A stretch of 64,000 nucleotides of DNA from a virus: positions 16,669 through 80,668 of the IMG/VR virus record IMGVR_UViG_3300020193_000009. One strand, 5' to 3'. Below, piece by piece: positions 18,534-28,685 of the stretch. The notes below the pieces were generated by a model, which worked only from the letters and a program-made list of their open reading frames with translations, had not been told where the DNA came from and searched no databases. Positions within the stretch are counted from its first letter, which is position 1. Each line of letters begins with the position of its first letter. Position numbers and translations under genes: made by a program.

Positions 18534-18829
18534 TATCTACCGTAACCTTTCTTTCTCATTTGTATTTCTTTTCTTTTTTGTCGCTTTCGTTTTTCAACTT
18601 CTTTTTGCATTGGCGATTGCGGTCGCCGCTTTGCTGTTGAAGAAAGATTCCTGCCTTTTCCTCTAAATCTTAACAACTGATATTTTTCACACCAGTTATA
18701 CAAACCTTGTGGGGTAATTTCTATATTATAAGTTTGTTTTAATAGTTTAACTATGTCTGTAAGGTTCATCCTCTTGCGAACATAATGTTCGTAAAGCCAG
18801 ATTTTATCTTTGTACGGTTCTAGTGCCAT
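18533..18829 (-). CDS. HTH DNA-binding protein
   Basis: YKDKIWLYEHYV..RMNLTDI...LYNW pattern; basic tail. Confidence 0.6.
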   Translation of the reverse strand: MALEPYKDKIWLYEHYVRKRMNLTDIVKLLKQTYNIEITPQGLYNWCEKYQLLRFRGKGRNLSSTAKRRPQSPMQKEVEKRKRQKRKEIQMRKKGYGR

Positions 18830-19385
18830 TTGCGCTCAACATTAAATAATACCACAAACCAATGCCAACTGCATCGATAATATCGTCATCATCAAGATCT
18901 TCATTTGTCATTTCAAAGTAATCAGTTATAATGTCTCTGACCCTATCTTTTCTTTCTTTTTTTCTACTTGATTCTGTAATTAAGTGCTCTTTATCTTCCT
19001 TGGAAAGATTTTTATACCCTATGCCTCGTTTCCATATCATCGGATTTATATCAACAACTTTCGAGCAATGCTCCTGAGCAACGCCCCAAGAATAACCTAT
19101 AATATAAGAAATTATTCTACTTGTTTGAAAATTTTGAATATACACAGATTGCTCTATCACGCATTCATTTGGTTTATATTTGGCACACACCTCAACTAAA
19201 CCATCCCTTACAGCCCGAAATTTAATATGCATTTCTGTAGACTTGGGAAATTTAATCTTTCCACACTTTATCAAACGAGGTTGCTTAACTCCCATCTCAA
19301 TTACAGCCCAACCTAAAGAATGTGATGATGGATCTAAAGATAAAACTTTAGTAAAATTATTTTTAGCAATAGACTTTATACTCAC
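18804..19385 (-). CDS. ruvC: RuvC-like Holliday junction resolvase
   Basis: LSLDPSSHSLGWA, VIEQ, WKRGIG, DDIIDAVGIG; probable start GTG 19385. Confidence 0.85.
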   Translation of the reverse strand: MSIKSIAKNNFTKVLSLDPSSHSLGWAVIEMGVKQPRLIKCGKIKFPKSTEMHIKFRAVRDGLVEVCAKYKPNECVIEQSVYIQNFQTSRIISYIIGYSWGVAQEHCSKVVDINPMIWKRGIGYKNLSKEDKEHLITESSRKKERKDRVRDIITDYFEMTNEDLDDDDIIDAVGIGLWYYLMLSANGTRTVQR

Positions 19386-19693
19386 ATTTTTTCTTTTCGA
19401 AGCTTTTCTTCGTCCCATCCCCAGCTTATGAGTCTTTGAATGAATCTTTCGTCTTTGCATCTTTCGCATATGTTTTCCTTGTTGTAACGAGATAAAATTG
19501 TATTACACTCCGGTGTTTCACAGACTCTTTTTTTATTCTTGTTACGTTTTTTTTCGTAATAATTTTCTAATAATTTTTTGTTAGTAACTACCCTTCTGCA
19601 TTCTGCAGAACAATATATACTGTTGTAAACTTTTGCTTCAAACTTCTTTTTGCATTTTTCGTTTTTGCAAATTCTAAAAACACCACTACCCAC
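19382..19693 (-). CDS. zinc-finger protein
   Basis: Cx4C...YCSAECR and Cx4C...CxxC; probable start GTG 19693. Confidence 0.7.
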   Translation of the reverse strand: MGSGVFRICKNEKCKKKFEAKVYNSIYCSAECRRVVTNKKLLENYYEKKRNKNKKRVCETPECNTILSRYNKENICERCKDERFIQRLISWGWDEEKLRKEKM

Positions 19694-20411
19694 TGTCTCC
19701 CCAGCATAAAGCAGCCAAATCACAAGAAGAACAATTTTTTGATGTTCGCTTGTATGGTCTGTCAGGAATACTTTGTGTTATAAAGTTTCCATAATATTCT
19801 CTGTACTTTTTGAATAATTTATTTATAAAGTCTTGATCTTTTTGAATATATATTGGTAATATCTCTTGATTATTTTTGTTTTCATAAATCACGAAACCAG
19901 AATCAAGATTTAAACATTGCATGTATATTTGAGCTTGACGATAGTGTTCATCTTTTGGTTTTTTATAAATCTGTCTATAATGGAAACCCTCAGAGCTAAT
20001 TGATTTTAACTCTATCAGCTTATCTCCATACCAATTAATAATACCATCTGCCGTGCCCTCAATTGGCGGATCAGAATAAGTAACTGGTATTTCTTCATCT
20101 ACAAGAATACCCATATCTCTAAAATATCCGTATAATCTGTCATGTACAGCATGACCATTATCAAATATTCTATGCGTTTGTGGACTAAAATCTGAAGCTA
20201 CATCTACACCATCAAATAAATAATACCAATATCTAGAGCATTGATTGGTATAGCTTGGATGAAACCCACTAACTTTTTTAAATATTGTCTCGTTTTTCTT
20301 TAAAAGCTGGTCATCTATTGCTTTACACAAAGTGTTTTCTAAATCCGTTGGAGATTTAGACTCAACAACAACCACATCCTTTGGCTTTCTTAACTGTTTT
20401 AATGATTTCAT
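19686..20411 (-). CDS. Cas4/RecB-like PD-(D/E)XK exonuclease
   Basis: HPS...C.R, GHAVH, GTADG, ELKS, QAQIY and C-terminal CxxC...C. Confidence 0.85.
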   Translation of the reverse strand: MKSLKQLRKPKDVVVVESKSPTDLENTLCKAIDDQLLKKNETIFKKVSGFHPSYTNQCSRYWYYLFDGVDVASDFSPQTHRIFDNGHAVHDRLYGYFRDMGILVDEEIPVTYSDPPIEGTADGIINWYGDKLIELKSISSEGFHYRQIYKKPKDEHYRQAQIYMQCLNLDSGFVIYENKNNQEILPIYIQKDQDFINKLFKKYREYYGNFITQSIPDRPYKRTSKNCSSCDLAALCWGDSG

Positions 20412-20731
20412 TGGTTATAACCGCCCTTTCCGGCAATTTTTAATGCATTTATATTTTCTGTTAGAGCTTCGTACATAGTTTTCCAAATATCATTTACAAA
20501 CTTATCTTGGTCTGTCATAACCGCAGACTTTCTTTTGAATGCCTGTGATTTTACAATCATTAGTGTTCTATACGCAGCAAGTATATTAGCATACTTAATC
20601 GCTTGAGTTCCTAAATAATGATCTGGATTGTCAATAATATCTTGAACAATCCTGATGCATTCAATAAATTCATCAGCTTTATCACCCATTTGCTCAGCAA
20701 TAATTTCTTTATTAATAATAATGTCTGGCAT
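20408..20731 (-). CDS. helical hypothetical protein in the recombination block
   Basis: 107-aa ORF translationally coupled on both sides. Confidence 0.7.
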   Translation of the reverse strand: MPDIIINKEIIAEQMGDKADEFIECIRIVQDIIDNPDHYLGTQAIKYANILAAYRTLMIVKSQAFKRKSAVMTDQDKFVNDIWKTMYEALTENINALKIAGKGGYNQ

Positions 20732-21030
20732 TATTCGTACTCGCTTCCTTTAACTAGCTCTTTAAAAACTTCCCAATCAATTATTGCAACTTTTGTTTCA
20801 GAATCTTTGCCCATGACTACAGATACGCACGGATATCTATAATTGTTATTCCAAGCATCTTTTGTAATCTTTTTCCAAAATTTATGTGTAAGCGTAAATG
20901 TTTTTTCATTATGCTTATAGTCAAGCACAAATTTATTCATAACCGCATCACCCTTCTTAATTCCTCTACCGGAATTTTTAACAGCCTTTGCCTTGTCTTT
21001 TTTTATTTCTTCCTTCTCAGTTCTTTTCAT
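20731..21030 (-). CDS. Hjc-like PD-(D/E)XK resolvase/endonuclease
   Basis: E...NSGRG..KGDA...LDYK pattern. Confidence 0.65.
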   Translation of the reverse strand: MKRTEKEEIKKDKAKAVKNSGRGIKKGDAVMNKFVLDYKHNEKTFTLTHKFWKKITKDAWNNNYRYPCVSVVMGKDSETKVAIIDWEVFKELVKGSEYE

Positions 21031-21941
21031 CCAAGAATCGCTTTCCCAATTTCTGCACGCTGTTTGTCTGTGAATTCAATAGCGGTAAGACCGTTCCACT
21101 TCTGATCTTCGTAAGAATACCACGCGCCTTTGCGCTGAATGATCTCCATTGCAATAGCGATATCGATTAGTTCTCTATCAACATCTATTTTACCTTCTTG
21201 TGGAAGAACATAATAATAACCCGTAGTGCCGATGCTTGGTAACTGCTTTGTCTTTTCAATTGTCCATGTAGCACGTTGACTAGTAATAAGGTTTGTGTCA
21301 TCTCTTTCCATTTCACTCTTCGACATTGACAGAAACAGTTTAACAATATTATGCATATTGTGATGCACTGTATTACCCATCTTTGCTTTTGTTACAGCAA
21401 ACATACCACTAAGATCAACTGTCTGGTGAGCAACAAAAAGCATAATATTTCTTTCCTTATGCAAATAGTTAACTAGCTTCTGCATAAGGAATCCTTGTGA
21501 TCTTGATTGAAGACCCATTGCCTTACCGCCCTCCGGCTTATCATAGAACTCTTCTTTAATAATGTTAGAGAGGCTGTCAAATAAAAAGATGTGCTTTTCG
21601 GTTAAATGTGTCAGATATTCATAAATATTTTTCAATATCTCCTCTACAATTGTTGACTGCACCACTACAATATCTTTAATATCGATACCGCACTTAGCTG
21701 CATATTCATCATTATAAGATGATTCTGAATCAATAATTATTGGTCGATAGCCGAGTTTCTGTGCTTCAGCAAGAATTCTAAAGCACATTGTTGTCTTACC
21801 AACAGAAGGTGTACCCCAGAATAAATGCGTTGCACCAGTGTTCAACCCACCGCCAAGTGCTCTATTTAATCCAATGCTTGGTGTCGGTATCACTTCGTGT
21901 ACCGGCATTAAATCGCCCTTGCGTTTATCTACTAATAGCAT
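21027..21941 (-). CDS. RecA/UvsX-like recombinase
   Basis: IPTPSIGLNRALGGG, Walker A GTPSVGKT, IDSE, FDSL, KGAWYSY. Confidence 0.9.
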   Translation of the reverse strand: MLLVDKRKGDLMPVHEVIPTPSIGLNRALGGGLNTGATHLFWGTPSVGKTTMCFRILAEAQKLGYRPIIIDSESSYNDEYAAKCGIDIKDIVVVQSTIVEEILKNIYEYLTHLTEKHIFLFDSLSNIIKEEFYDKPEGGKAMGLQSRSQGFLMQKLVNYLHKERNIMLFVAHQTVDLSGMFAVTKAKMGNTVHHNMHNIVKLFLSMSKSEMERDDTNLITSQRATWTIEKTKQLPSIGTTGYYYVLPQEGKIDVDRELIDIAIAMEIIQRKGAWYSYEDQKWNGLTAIEFTDKQRAEIGKAILG

Positions 21942-22431
21942 TTTTCTCCTTTAATGTGTAAAGTGTTCTATCTTGAAATGGTGGATGACCAGGTGTTTCA
22001 ACAACTGGCATTTTAAAGTTAATTTCGTTCTCCACAACAAGTCCAGTTCTTGACAATATTGTATCAAATTGGTGCTGCGAAGGCGTGTGTTGTTTTGAAA
22101 ATTCTATCACGACAACAGAAGATTTTTTTATCAAATCAACTACGCAATCAAATTCTTTTTCTTCACCTTCAATATGAAGACCTAAAATTACTGTTGCAAT
22201 TTTTTTATCATGTAATTCACTTGAGTGTGCTGAATACCAGTCTGAAATACTTCCATGAAATGTATCTTCAAGTGTTTTAAGCGGATCAATGCAATATAGT
22301 TTTTTATTTGTTTTTATTTTTTTCCTATACGTTCCTATGTCAATGACAACATCAATATCATCAAGATAATATTCAGCAACATGATGTCTAATTGAATATG
22401 ATTTTGTGTAAAGATATTCCCACCTGTCCAT
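21925..22431 (-). CDS. putative SAM-dependent methyltransferase-like protein
   Basis: VVIDIGT and YCIDP resemble Rossmann MTase motifs I/II; start ATG 22431. Confidence 0.45.
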   Translation of the reverse strand: MDRWEYLYTKSYSIRHHVAEYYLDDIDVVIDIGTYRKKIKTNKKLYCIDPLKTLEDTFHGSISDWYSAHSSELHDKKIATVILGLHIEGEEKEFDCVVDLIKKSSVVVIEFSKQHTPSQHQFDTILSRTGLVVENEINFKMPVVETPGHPPFQDRTLYTLKEKNAISR

Positions 22432-23027
22432 TAGATTCCAACCTTTGGCATAATCAATGCTGTTCCACACCCGATTGTAAAATTAACAAATCCATAATTA
22501 TTTTCCTCAGCCCATTGCTTTGAAGCTTGATAACAACCAATCCCAAGATTACCAATCTTGGCTCCTACGTTATTTGTATCATGAACAGTAATTGCCCAAT
22601 TTTCTCTTCTCATTCTACTTCCATAATTGCATAAGTCTTTATATACTTGCTCATATGTATGATCTGCATCAACATGTAAATATGCAATATTGTTAAAATT
22701 TTCAAAAGCAGAATCGGTTAATTGTTTATATATTTTAATCCCCTCATATCCATCTATTACATTTTCATATACAGGTCTGCCCCAAATACCAATATCTGCA
22801 TCAACAAGTGATGTGTCTATTTTATGAATTATTTGTTCTCTCATTAATACTTCTTGTGCATAATGCATCAGTTTTGGTACAAAACCAGCCCCAGAACCTA
22901 AACAAACACATACATCCGCTTTTAATGAATATGGTAGGGCATAATAAATTGCACCAAGACCAGCAAAATCATTATCTGCACCGTGAGATTCTGACCATTT
23001 TGATGTTTCAATTATATCTCTATACAT
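22431..23027 (-). CDS. class I SAM-dependent methyltransferase (Methyltransf_24-like)
   Basis: CLGSGAGF, LHVDADHTYEQV..D, VHDT motifs. Confidence 0.8.
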   Translation of the reverse strand: MYRDIIETSKWSESHGADNDFAGLGAIYYALPYSLKADVCVCLGSGAGFVPKLMHYAQEVLMREQIIHKIDTSLVDADIGIWGRPVYENVIDGYEGIKIYKQLTDSAFENFNNIAYLHVDADHTYEQVYKDLCNYGSRMRRENWAITVHDTNNVGAKIGNLGIGCYQASKQWAEENNYGFVNFTIGCGTALIMPKVGI

Positions 23028-23029
23028 TT

Positions 23030-26000
23030 TTAAACCATTTCTATTTGCATTTTTTTGATCTGCTTGCGCTCAATATAGTCTTCTATCGTAATTATTTTAT
23101 CAGCAGAATCGAGCTTAAAAGAGTCAAGTCGATTAAGTGTTTCTTTATCTTCGACCCTTGATAGTCGTGCTACATACCACTCACCTTTCTTTAACAAACC
23201 TTTCACTTTTTTATACACTGCTGCAAAAATAACTACCTTAAAAAACTGTTTTCCATCCCAACAATACACACTTGCCATCTCTTTACCTGACGATGTTATA
23301 AAATTTCTAATATTGAATACATACATCATTGTTTTTGGATCATTAATAAAACCAATATCATGTTTATACACCCAGGCATATTTGTGATCTAGCCCTTGTT
23401 TCTTCATCATCATTACATTAAACAATTTCGAATCTTGCGCTTGATACACGTCACAATATGCGTGCAATGTTCTGTCGCCAATTAGAGCATAAACATAATC
23501 CCTCTGTGCCAATTCTGTATTTCTTTCACCAAAAACAGTGCAGGAACCGGAATGATCTTCAAATTCAACACGCAAATAATTCTGAGCTTTCTTTGTAGAC
23601 CTCACCACAGCTTTAATCAAGGTAAGGCTTGACATTGTTTCATGAAAATCCGCAGCATTTTCAACAAATTCATCAATCTCTGTTTTAAATTCACTTGACT
23701 TGATTGGAAATCCAAGCACAGGTAGGTAATATCTTTGATGATCAAACTGCGATACGTGACCCATTGAATCAAATGCGCCAACTTTATCAAAATTCTCTCG
23801 CAACGGAGCCTTCACCGCAGATTTAGAACACTTATTATTAAACTCTTCAAAGGAATTAAAAGGTCTTTTGTCAAAAATCTCTTTAATTGCGCTCACACCA
23901 CAGCCAGTTACATTAGTAAGACCGAACCTAATGCCTTCATCTTCACCCGGCAGTGACATTGAGAAGAATTCTTGTGACTTATTGATGTCTGGCGGATAAA
24001 TTTTAAGCCCTAAGCGTTGTGCTTCCATCAAGTATGCAGTGATTTTGTCAGTTGCTGACTCATTGTACAAAAGAGCCCATACAAATTCGAGCGGATAATT
24101 GACTTTTAACCACATTGTCTGATACGACATCAAAGAATAGGCAACAGCATGAGATTTATTAAACATATACAACGCCGACATCTCAAATTCAGACCATATT
24201 TTGTCCGATTTTGATTTGGTCAAGTAAGGATTGCTAATAAACTTCTCCTTGAATTTATCAAACTCGGCTACATCACGTTTTTTACCAATAATTTTGCGCA
24301 ATGAGTCTGCTTCTGACCAAGAAAATCCCGCCAACAGCACCGCCATTTGCATGAGTTGCTCTTGGAAGATAACTGTGCCATATGTTTCTTCTAAAATTGA
24401 CTTCACAACCTCATGTGGATACTTCGGATCAGCATCACCCTTCTTACAGTCAATATATTTCTGCCCTTGCGACAACAAAGCGCCGGGTCTAACCAGGGCA
24501 TTTGACACCACAAGGTCGTTAAAGTTATCAATACCCATTCTTTCAATCAAATTACGGTAGGCGGCGGCATCAGTTTGAAAAATACCCACCGTATTGATGT
24601 TATTAAAGTTCTCATACACCCCTTGGTCATCCAGAGCCAGGGATTGTGCCTCCACATCAAGCCCATAGCGCTCTCTAATCATCGCTAGCGCGTCTTTAAT
24701 GACCGATACGGTCTTGAGACCCAAAACATCTATTTTTATAAGCCCAACGGCTTCTGCGTCTTCCATCGCAAACGCTGTAACCGCACTTCGCTCCCCGCCT
24801 TGAGAGACCTTTCTTGACTCCACAGGGCATACTTCTGTTAATGGTACGGCAGATACCACCATTCCTGCAGCATGCACGCCCGCTGTACGCACACGCTCTT
24901 GCAATCTCTCTGCCAATACCGGAATATCGGGATATTTGCGAACAAATATCTTTCCCTTTTCCGTATTCTTTAATTCTTCGATTGTTTCAAAAAATGGGGT
25001 GATGGAATTGATTTCAGCATACGGAACCTGTAGAATTCGGGCAACATCTTTGACCGCACTCTTTGGCTTAAACGTGCCATAGATCGAAATTGCCGCAACC
25101 TTATCTTCACCCCAGCGCGTGGCAAGATAATTTTTGACTTCATCTCTGCGTTTATCTTCAAAGTCCAGGTCAATGTCGGGATAGTCGTTTCTTTCGGGGT
25201 TAATAAATCGGGAAAACAAAAGGTTGTATTTTATCGGGTCTACTTTGGTAATGTCGAGCAAGTACGCCAGCACGCTACCGCCAACGGAGCCTCGCCCTGT
25301 GCCTCTGCCAATGTTGTTGTTGTCTGCCCATTTAACAAGATCCCATACAATCAAGAAATAGTCGGCAAAGCCGAGCTGTTTAATAATCTCCAACTCCTCG
25401 TTAAGTCGTTGCACATATTCTTCACCCAAGCCCAGCTCTTTTAGGCGAAAGCTTGTAACTTCAGCCAAATAATCGTCCGAATTTATTGTACGCATAAATT
25501 TTGGCAACAGATTCTTTCGCTTTTCCAACTTGGCAGTGCATTTTTGCGCTACCTCTATCGTATTTTCCAGAATATCGGTACGATCATACCCGGCATCTTT
25601 AAACCACGAAGCCACCTCGTCTACATTTGCCACATATGGATTAATCTTATCAAACCTAAGAAACCGGTTAGGATACATATTATTAATTTTTGCTACCATA
25701 TCAATTCCAGCCACATGAATGCAATCAGCATGCTCTTTAGCATGCCTTTGTTCTGCTGCGTTAAGGCTGGGGTATTGTGAAAGCATTAATAGGATTTCTT
25801 CACATCCTTTGTCATGCTTTGTTGGGAAATGACAATCTGCTGTTGCTACGACAGGTCTATTATATGTACCCGCCAAACTTATAAGACCGTCATTTAACTC
25901 TTTTGGATTCCAAGCCTGTATTTCATAGTAAAAATCATCTTTAAATATCTTTAAAAAGCGCTCCGATAACTCTTGAGCCCTATTTGTATCTCCCGCCAAA

Positions 26001-26437
26001 ATTGATTTTGATATAGCACTCGCCATACAACCGGAAAGCGCAATAATATCATTGTCTACCAATTCTTCAAGAAGATTAAAATCCATTCTAGGCTTGTAGT
26101 AAAAATTGTCGCTCCAAGCTTTTTGATTCATCTTAAATAATTTTTGCAAACCTTCATTTGTTTTAGCAAGGAGTATTAAATGAAACCTTTCGCTTGTGTC
26201 TTTTGCATCGTGTTCAATTGATGGTACAAAGTAGGCTTCAATACCAAACAATGGTTTAACATTGTGTTTATTACAAGCATCTTGGAATTTTAACACACCG
26301 CCCATTGTACCGTGGTCTGTAATTGCGGCGGCAATTTGTCCATTAGTGCTAGTAATTTTGGCAATTTCATCCGGCGTTGACATTCCATCAAGCAGTGAAT
26401 ATTCAGAATGACAATGTAAGTGAACAAATTCAGTCAC
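23030..26437 (-). CDS. dnaE: DNA polymerase III alpha subunit
   Basis: PHP domain FVHLHCHSEYSLLDG and AITDHG; GRGS; PDIDLDF; HAAG; KIDVLGL; FNKSHA. Confidence 0.97.
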   Translation of the reverse strand: MTEFVHLHCHSEYSLLDGMSTPDEIAKITSTNGQIAAAITDHGTMGGVLKFQDACNKHNVKPLFGIEAYFVPSIEHDAKDTSERFHLILLAKTNEGLQKLFKMNQKAWSDNFYYKPRMDFNLLEELVDNDIIALSGCMASAISKSILAGDTNRAQELSERFLKIFKDDFYYEIQAWNPKELNDGLISLAGTYNRPVVATADCHFPTKHDKGCEEILLMLSQYPSLNAAEQRHAKEHADCIHVAGIDMVAKINNMYPNRFLRFDKINPYVANVDEVASWFKDAGYDRTDILENTIEVAQKCTAKLEKRKNLLPKFMRTINSDDYLAEVTSFRLKELGLGEEYVQRLNEELEIIKQLGFADYFLIVWDLVKWADNNNIGRGTGRGSVGGSVLAYLLDITKVDPIKYNLLFSRFINPERNDYPDIDLDFEDKRRDEVKNYLATRWGEDKVAAISIYGTFKPKSAVKDVARILQVPYAEINSITPFFETIEELKNTEKGKIFVRKYPDIPVLAERLQERVRTAGVHAAGMVVSAVPLTEVCPVESRKVSQGGERSAVTAFAMEDAEAVGLIKIDVLGLKTVSVIKDALAMIRERYGLDVEAQSLALDDQGVYENFNNINTVGIFQTDAAAYRNLIERMGIDNFNDLVVSNALVRPGALLSQGQKYIDCKKGDADPKYPHEVVKSILEETYGTVIFQEQLMQMAVLLAGFSWSEADSLRKIIGKKRDVAEFDKFKEKFISNPYLTKSKSDKIWSEFEMSALYMFNKSHAVAYSLMSYQTMWLKVNYPLEFVWALLYNESATDKITAYLMEAQRLGLKIYPPDINKSQEFFSMSLPGEDEGIRFGLTNVTGCGVSAIKEIFDKRPFNSFEEFNNKCSKSAVKAPLRENFDKVGAFDSMGHVSQFDHQRYYLPVLGFPIKSSEFKTEIDEFVENAADFHETMSSLTLIKAVVRSTKKAQNYLRVEFEDHSGSCTVFGERNTELAQRDYVYALIGDRTLHAYCDVYQAQDSKLFNVMMMKKQGLDHKYAWVYKHDIGFINDPKTMMYVFNIRNFITSSGKEMASVYCWDGKQFFKVVIFAAVYKKVKGLLKKGEWYVARLSRVEDKETLNRLDSFKLDSADKIITIEDYIERKQIKKMQIEMV

Positions 26438-26446
26438 TTTTTCTCC

Positions 26447-27010
26447 TTAAAGCTTAGAAGGATCTGAACTTACCGTAATATCAAATAATGTATCAATGGT
26501 ATTATATTCTCCCCAATACTTTTGGTTGTACCATTGTTTTCTAAGATAACACTTAATACCGTTTTCCTGCAATTTATTTATTTCTGCAGGATTGTCTTCT
26601 ACCACAAATATTGGATCAATATTTTTAATAATGTCAATTTTATTTCCAACTGTTGAGAAATGTGGCAACCTTGAATTTATATTCCACTTTTCCAACCAAG
26701 GCAACGCCTGCTCTTTTGATGCTACTTGCTGTCGTGCTGTAACAATTTCAATATCGTATCCAATGCTAAACCAATAATTTATTTGATACCAAGCATCTTC
26801 ATACGGCTTCATATTTGCCCAAAATAATACATTGTTAAATATTTTTAACATGTCCGGGTCATTTACTTTAGATATTAGTAAGTCGCCATAATTCATTTCA
26901 TTAACTGGCACACCGATACTGCAAAGCCAATTGTACATTGCAGTGTCAATGTCGGCAATAACACCATCTAAATCAAATACCATTGTAGGATTGCTTTTTG
27001 TTATTTTCAT
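26447..27010 (-). CDS. HAD-family 5'(3')-deoxyribonucleotidase-like phosphatase
   Basis: FDLDGVIAD, VTAR, VEDNP motifs. Confidence 0.85.
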   Translation of the reverse strand: MKITKSNPTMVFDLDGVIADIDTAMYNWLCSIGVPVNEMNYGDLLISKVNDPDMLKIFNNVLFWANMKPYEDAWYQINYWFSIGYDIEIVTARQQVASKEQALPWLEKWNINSRLPHFSTVGNKIDIIKNIDPIFVVEDNPAEINKLQENGIKCYLRKQWYNQKYWGEYNTIDTLFDITVSSDPSKL

Positions 27011-27023
27011 TTTCCCTCTTTCG

Positions 27024-27097
27024 TGGAGACAAAGGGACTTGAACCCTTAGCCTTCTGCTTGCAAAGCAGATGCTCTTGCCAGTTGAGCTATGCCCCC
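27024..27097 (-). tRNA. tRNA-Ala(UGC)
   Basis: Cloverleaf: acceptor GGGGGCA/TGTCTCC with G3-U70, anticodon arm TCTGC-TTTGCAA-GCAGA, T-loop TTCAAGT. CCA not encoded. Confidence 0.93.
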
Positions 27098-27105
27098 TGC
27101 CTTAA

Positions 27106-27747
27106 TCACCAACTATCTTTTAATTCACCGGTAGTCAAGAACACTTGCTGCTTTTCATATGGCAGTCTCATGTAAACATTGTCTAACTGATGCATTGGTA
27201 GATCTGTTATAGCCTTAAGCTCGGGCGACACATCCAGAGGAATAAGCGAATAATTTGTATCCGCCGCCGTTGAGCCAGTACGTGAATACTTATAATATCT
27301 ATCAGTAACCGTACTAAACTCTTTTGCATACTCAATAAGTGTCAAACCAACATGTCGTTGGTTAAATGTTGTATCCAATACTCTTGGCTCCCAAACACCC
27401 GGCTCTGTTTCAACCGCAATATTGATAAGTAGGTGTGGCTTTGGTCTCCACGCTTTATCAACTACTGCCTGCTCACTTGCCCAACATCTATAGTTAAATT
27501 CTTCCATAGATGCAGTGGATGCAACTCTCCATTTCCAATTGACTGGTGAAGTTACAACCGGTACAGTAATGCCTGTGCCAATAGTTTCAGAATAATTTTT
27601 AGAGTCTTCTGTTAATTCTTGTCTAAATCTAATTCTAAATGACTGCCCTGCTTGAACAGTAAAGAATCGTTTCGGACCGCTCTTTCCACCTGCCGGTGCT
27701 ACTGCCTTTTCAAGGTCTTTTAGTGTTTTAACTGATGTAAATGCCAT
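27106..27747 (-). CDS. single-stranded DNA-binding protein (phage gp32-like)
   Basis: RIRF...C...W+PK..LLIN...YKYSRTG...TNYSLIP pattern; located next to primase. Confidence 0.7.
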   Translation of the reverse strand: MAFTSVKTLKDLEKAVAPAGGKSGPKRFFTVQAGQSFRIRFRQELTEDSKNYSETIGTGITVPVVTSPVNWKWRVASTASMEEFNYRCWASEQAVVDKAWRPKPHLLINIAVETEPGVWEPRVLDTTFNQRHVGLTLIEYAKEFSTVTDRYYKYSRTGSTAADTNYSLIPLDVSPELKAITDLPMHQLDNVYMRLPYEKQQVFLTTGELKDSW

Positions 27748-27758
27748 GTAATTTTCTC

Positions 27759-28685
27759 CTATATAATTTGATTTTTGTTGTTAATTGCTTGTTGTATTTC
27801 ATTACTACCCATCTCACCAGGATCTTTCAATCCCAGCGGGATGCTTGCGAACGAGAGATTTTTCCCTCGACACATCTCTATGATAGCACGCCGCATGGCA
27901 TGTCCAGCCTCGTCGTTGTCAGAAAATATGATAATTTCATCAAAAAATTTTCGTATCATTTTTATTTGTTTTTCAGACACAGCCGCCCCTAGTGTTGCGA
28001 CAGTGTTTGGAAAACCAGCTTGGTGAACAAACATGCAATCAATACTACCCTCAACAATTATACACGATGGGTGTTTTTTTGCATTTGATATGTTGAACAA
28101 ATTATCTGCTCTTTTAAAGCCTTTGTTGTAGAGATACCTTGGCTCTTGATGTGATTCTATCGCTCTACCAATAAAGCCTGTTAACCTATAGTTGTGCGAC
28201 CTCACCGGAATAACTACCCTGTTCTTTTGATCGGAGAAGCCAACTTCAAAATATTTTAAGGTATTAATTGACAACCCCCTTTCAATTAATGTTTTTACCT
28301 TTTGCACTTGACTATCATCATCATAATTAATTAAAACACTGTCAATCACAAGTTCATCAATATCTTCTTTTACATATTTGTAACTATTAAGTTGTTTTTC
28401 AACAGATAACTTGTCCAGCGCAAAATCTTTACCATATGACTTTCCTGTAAAGTGAAAATACAGTTGCCTAAAATTACCTTTCTTACCGCATGATGGATTA
28501 AAGCACTGCCATAAACCTGTTTTAACATTAATGTACATAGCGGCTGTATGTACATTTTTGTGAAAAGGGCAAAATACATTTAACTCCTCACCAGCCGCAG
28601 ACTGCACCGGCACAGAGTATTTTGCAAAGAGATTGTAAATCTCTTCCTCTAATTGTTTAGACGAAAATTTTGAATTTATAGACAT
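27759..28685 (-). CDS. dnaG: DNA primase
   Basis: CHC2 finger CPFH...CFNPSC; RVVIP, GR, PRY; Toprim VEG..D and DNDEAG. Confidence 0.92.
   Translation of the reverse strand: MSINSKFSSKQLEEEIYNLFAKYSVPVQSAAGEELNVFCPFHKNVHTAAMYINVKTGLWQCFNPSCGKKGNFRQLYFHFTGKSYGKDFALDKLSVEKQLNSYKYVKEDIDELVIDSVLINYDDDSQVQKVKTLIERGLSINTLKYFEVGFSDQKNRVVIPVRSHNYRLTGFIGRAIESHQEPRYLYNKGFKRADNLFNISNAKKHPSCIIVEGSIDCMFVHQAGFPNTVATLGAAVSEKQIKMIRKFFDEIIIFSDNDEAGHAMRRAIIEMCRGKNLSFASIPLGLKDPGEMGSNEIQQAINNKNQII

Noticed and set aside
19686-20411. Cas4 as evidence of a CRISPR-Cas system
   Set aside because: No cas1/cas2 or array. It sits among RecA, Hjc and RuvC genes, the usual context of stand-alone phage Cas4-like exonucleases.
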